A DNA stretch of 45,420 nucleotides. It comes from Actinomycetes bacterium (lineage in GTDB: Bacteria > Actinomycetota > Actinomycetes > S36-B12). This document shows positions 44,996 through 45,420 of the stretch, piece after piece. Both the position numbers and the translations under genes were made by a program. The DNA lies in NCBI GenBank assembly GCA_046085905.1, contig JBJSWO010000091.1, positions 1 to 45,420 of the forward strand, read 5' to 3'. Every line of letters begins with the position of its first letter. Position 1 is the stretch's first letter. Below the pieces are notes generated by a model. That model was not told the origin of the DNA. It worked only from the letters and a program-made list of their open reading frames with translations, and ran no database searches.

Positions 44996-45420
44996 CTACA
45001 TGGCCTTGAGAGCCTCCGGATCGCCGACCGCGATCGGGCGACGCTTGGAGACGACCACGGCGACAACCACGATGATCACGGCCACCAGGGCGATGATCCA
45101 GCGCAGCGGTGCATTCTCGTCGGCGCCAATGCTCATGGCCACGACAGCCGGTGCGATGAGCAACGCGACCAGGTTCATCACCTTGATCAGCGGGTTGATC
45201 GCCGGGCCTGCGGTGTCCTTGAACGGATCGCCCACGGTGTCGCCGATGACGGTGGCGGCATGGGCCTCCGAGCCCTTGCCACCGAAGTGACCGTCTTCGA
45301 CGAACTTCTTCGCGTTGTCCCAGGCGCCGCCCGAGTTCGACAGGAACACGGCCATGAGCACGCCCGTGGCGATGGTGCCTGCGAGGTACGCGCCCAGGGC
45401 GCCGACGCCGAGGCCGAAGC
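44996..45420 (-). CDS. hppA: Membrane-bound proton-translocating pyrophosphatase, C-terminal part (5' end beyond the window)
   Basis: [52 protein letters not shown] is the conserved H+-PPase C-terminal signature. Confidence 0.9.
   Translation of the reverse strand, partial: FGLGVGALGAYLAGTIATGVLMAVFLSNSGGAWDNAKKFVEDGHFGGKGSEAHAATVIGDTVGDPFKDTAGPAINPLIKVMNLVALLIAPAVVAMSIGADENAPLRWIIALVAVIIVVVAVVVSKRRPIAVGDPEALKAM

Noticed and set aside
1-45420. CRISPR arrays, IS elements or transposases, rRNA, toxin-antitoxin pairs and known defence-system genes.
   Set aside because: I saw no regularly spaced repeats, no DDE or serine recombinase signatures, and no small paired ORFs. The only repeats found are the tRNA-derived att copies, the 25-nt arm-like motif and the coding Ser/Ala tract.

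Overview
High-GC actinobacterial chromosomal segment (Actinomycetota, probably Micrococcales-like; a guess from gene content, no search was possible). It is densely coding, with about 40 protein genes and one tRNA. I saw no rRNA, CRISPR array or intact transposase. Most of the window is ordinary core genome: ROK kinase, IMPase, MATE, ahpCF, pntAB, two Gfo/Idh/MocA oxidoreductases, a cation/proton antiporter, DUF899, and the conserved minus-strand block hppA-topA-tmk-holB-oxyR-hydrolase-MFS-tRNA-Thr. The only clearly accessory region is 30231-36194. Three identical copies of the 3' 48 nt of tRNA-Thr(CGU) delimit two tandem, decayed integrative islets. The distal islet carries a 5'-truncated tyrosine integrase, a secreted pentapeptide-repeat protein, a cupin and a Cys-rich orphan. 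The proximal islet carries only an S33 alpha/beta-hydrolase with an inserted PDZ domain. Other points worth a second look are: a photolyase-family gene with inverted domain order (NewPHL-like); a GAF gene translationally coupled to a PAS/degenerate-GGDEF/EAL phosphodiesterase; about 440 nt of structured non-coding DNA with a 14-bp perfect palindrome upstream of a secreted transglycosylase-like gene; candidate OxyR boxes at ahpC and at oxyR itself; and several secreted low-complexity proteins. I did not find a convincing, wholly novel multi-gene system, and the items below are ranked accordingly. All calls rest on reading the translations and the DNA by eye. No HMM, BLAST, Rfam or GC computation was run.
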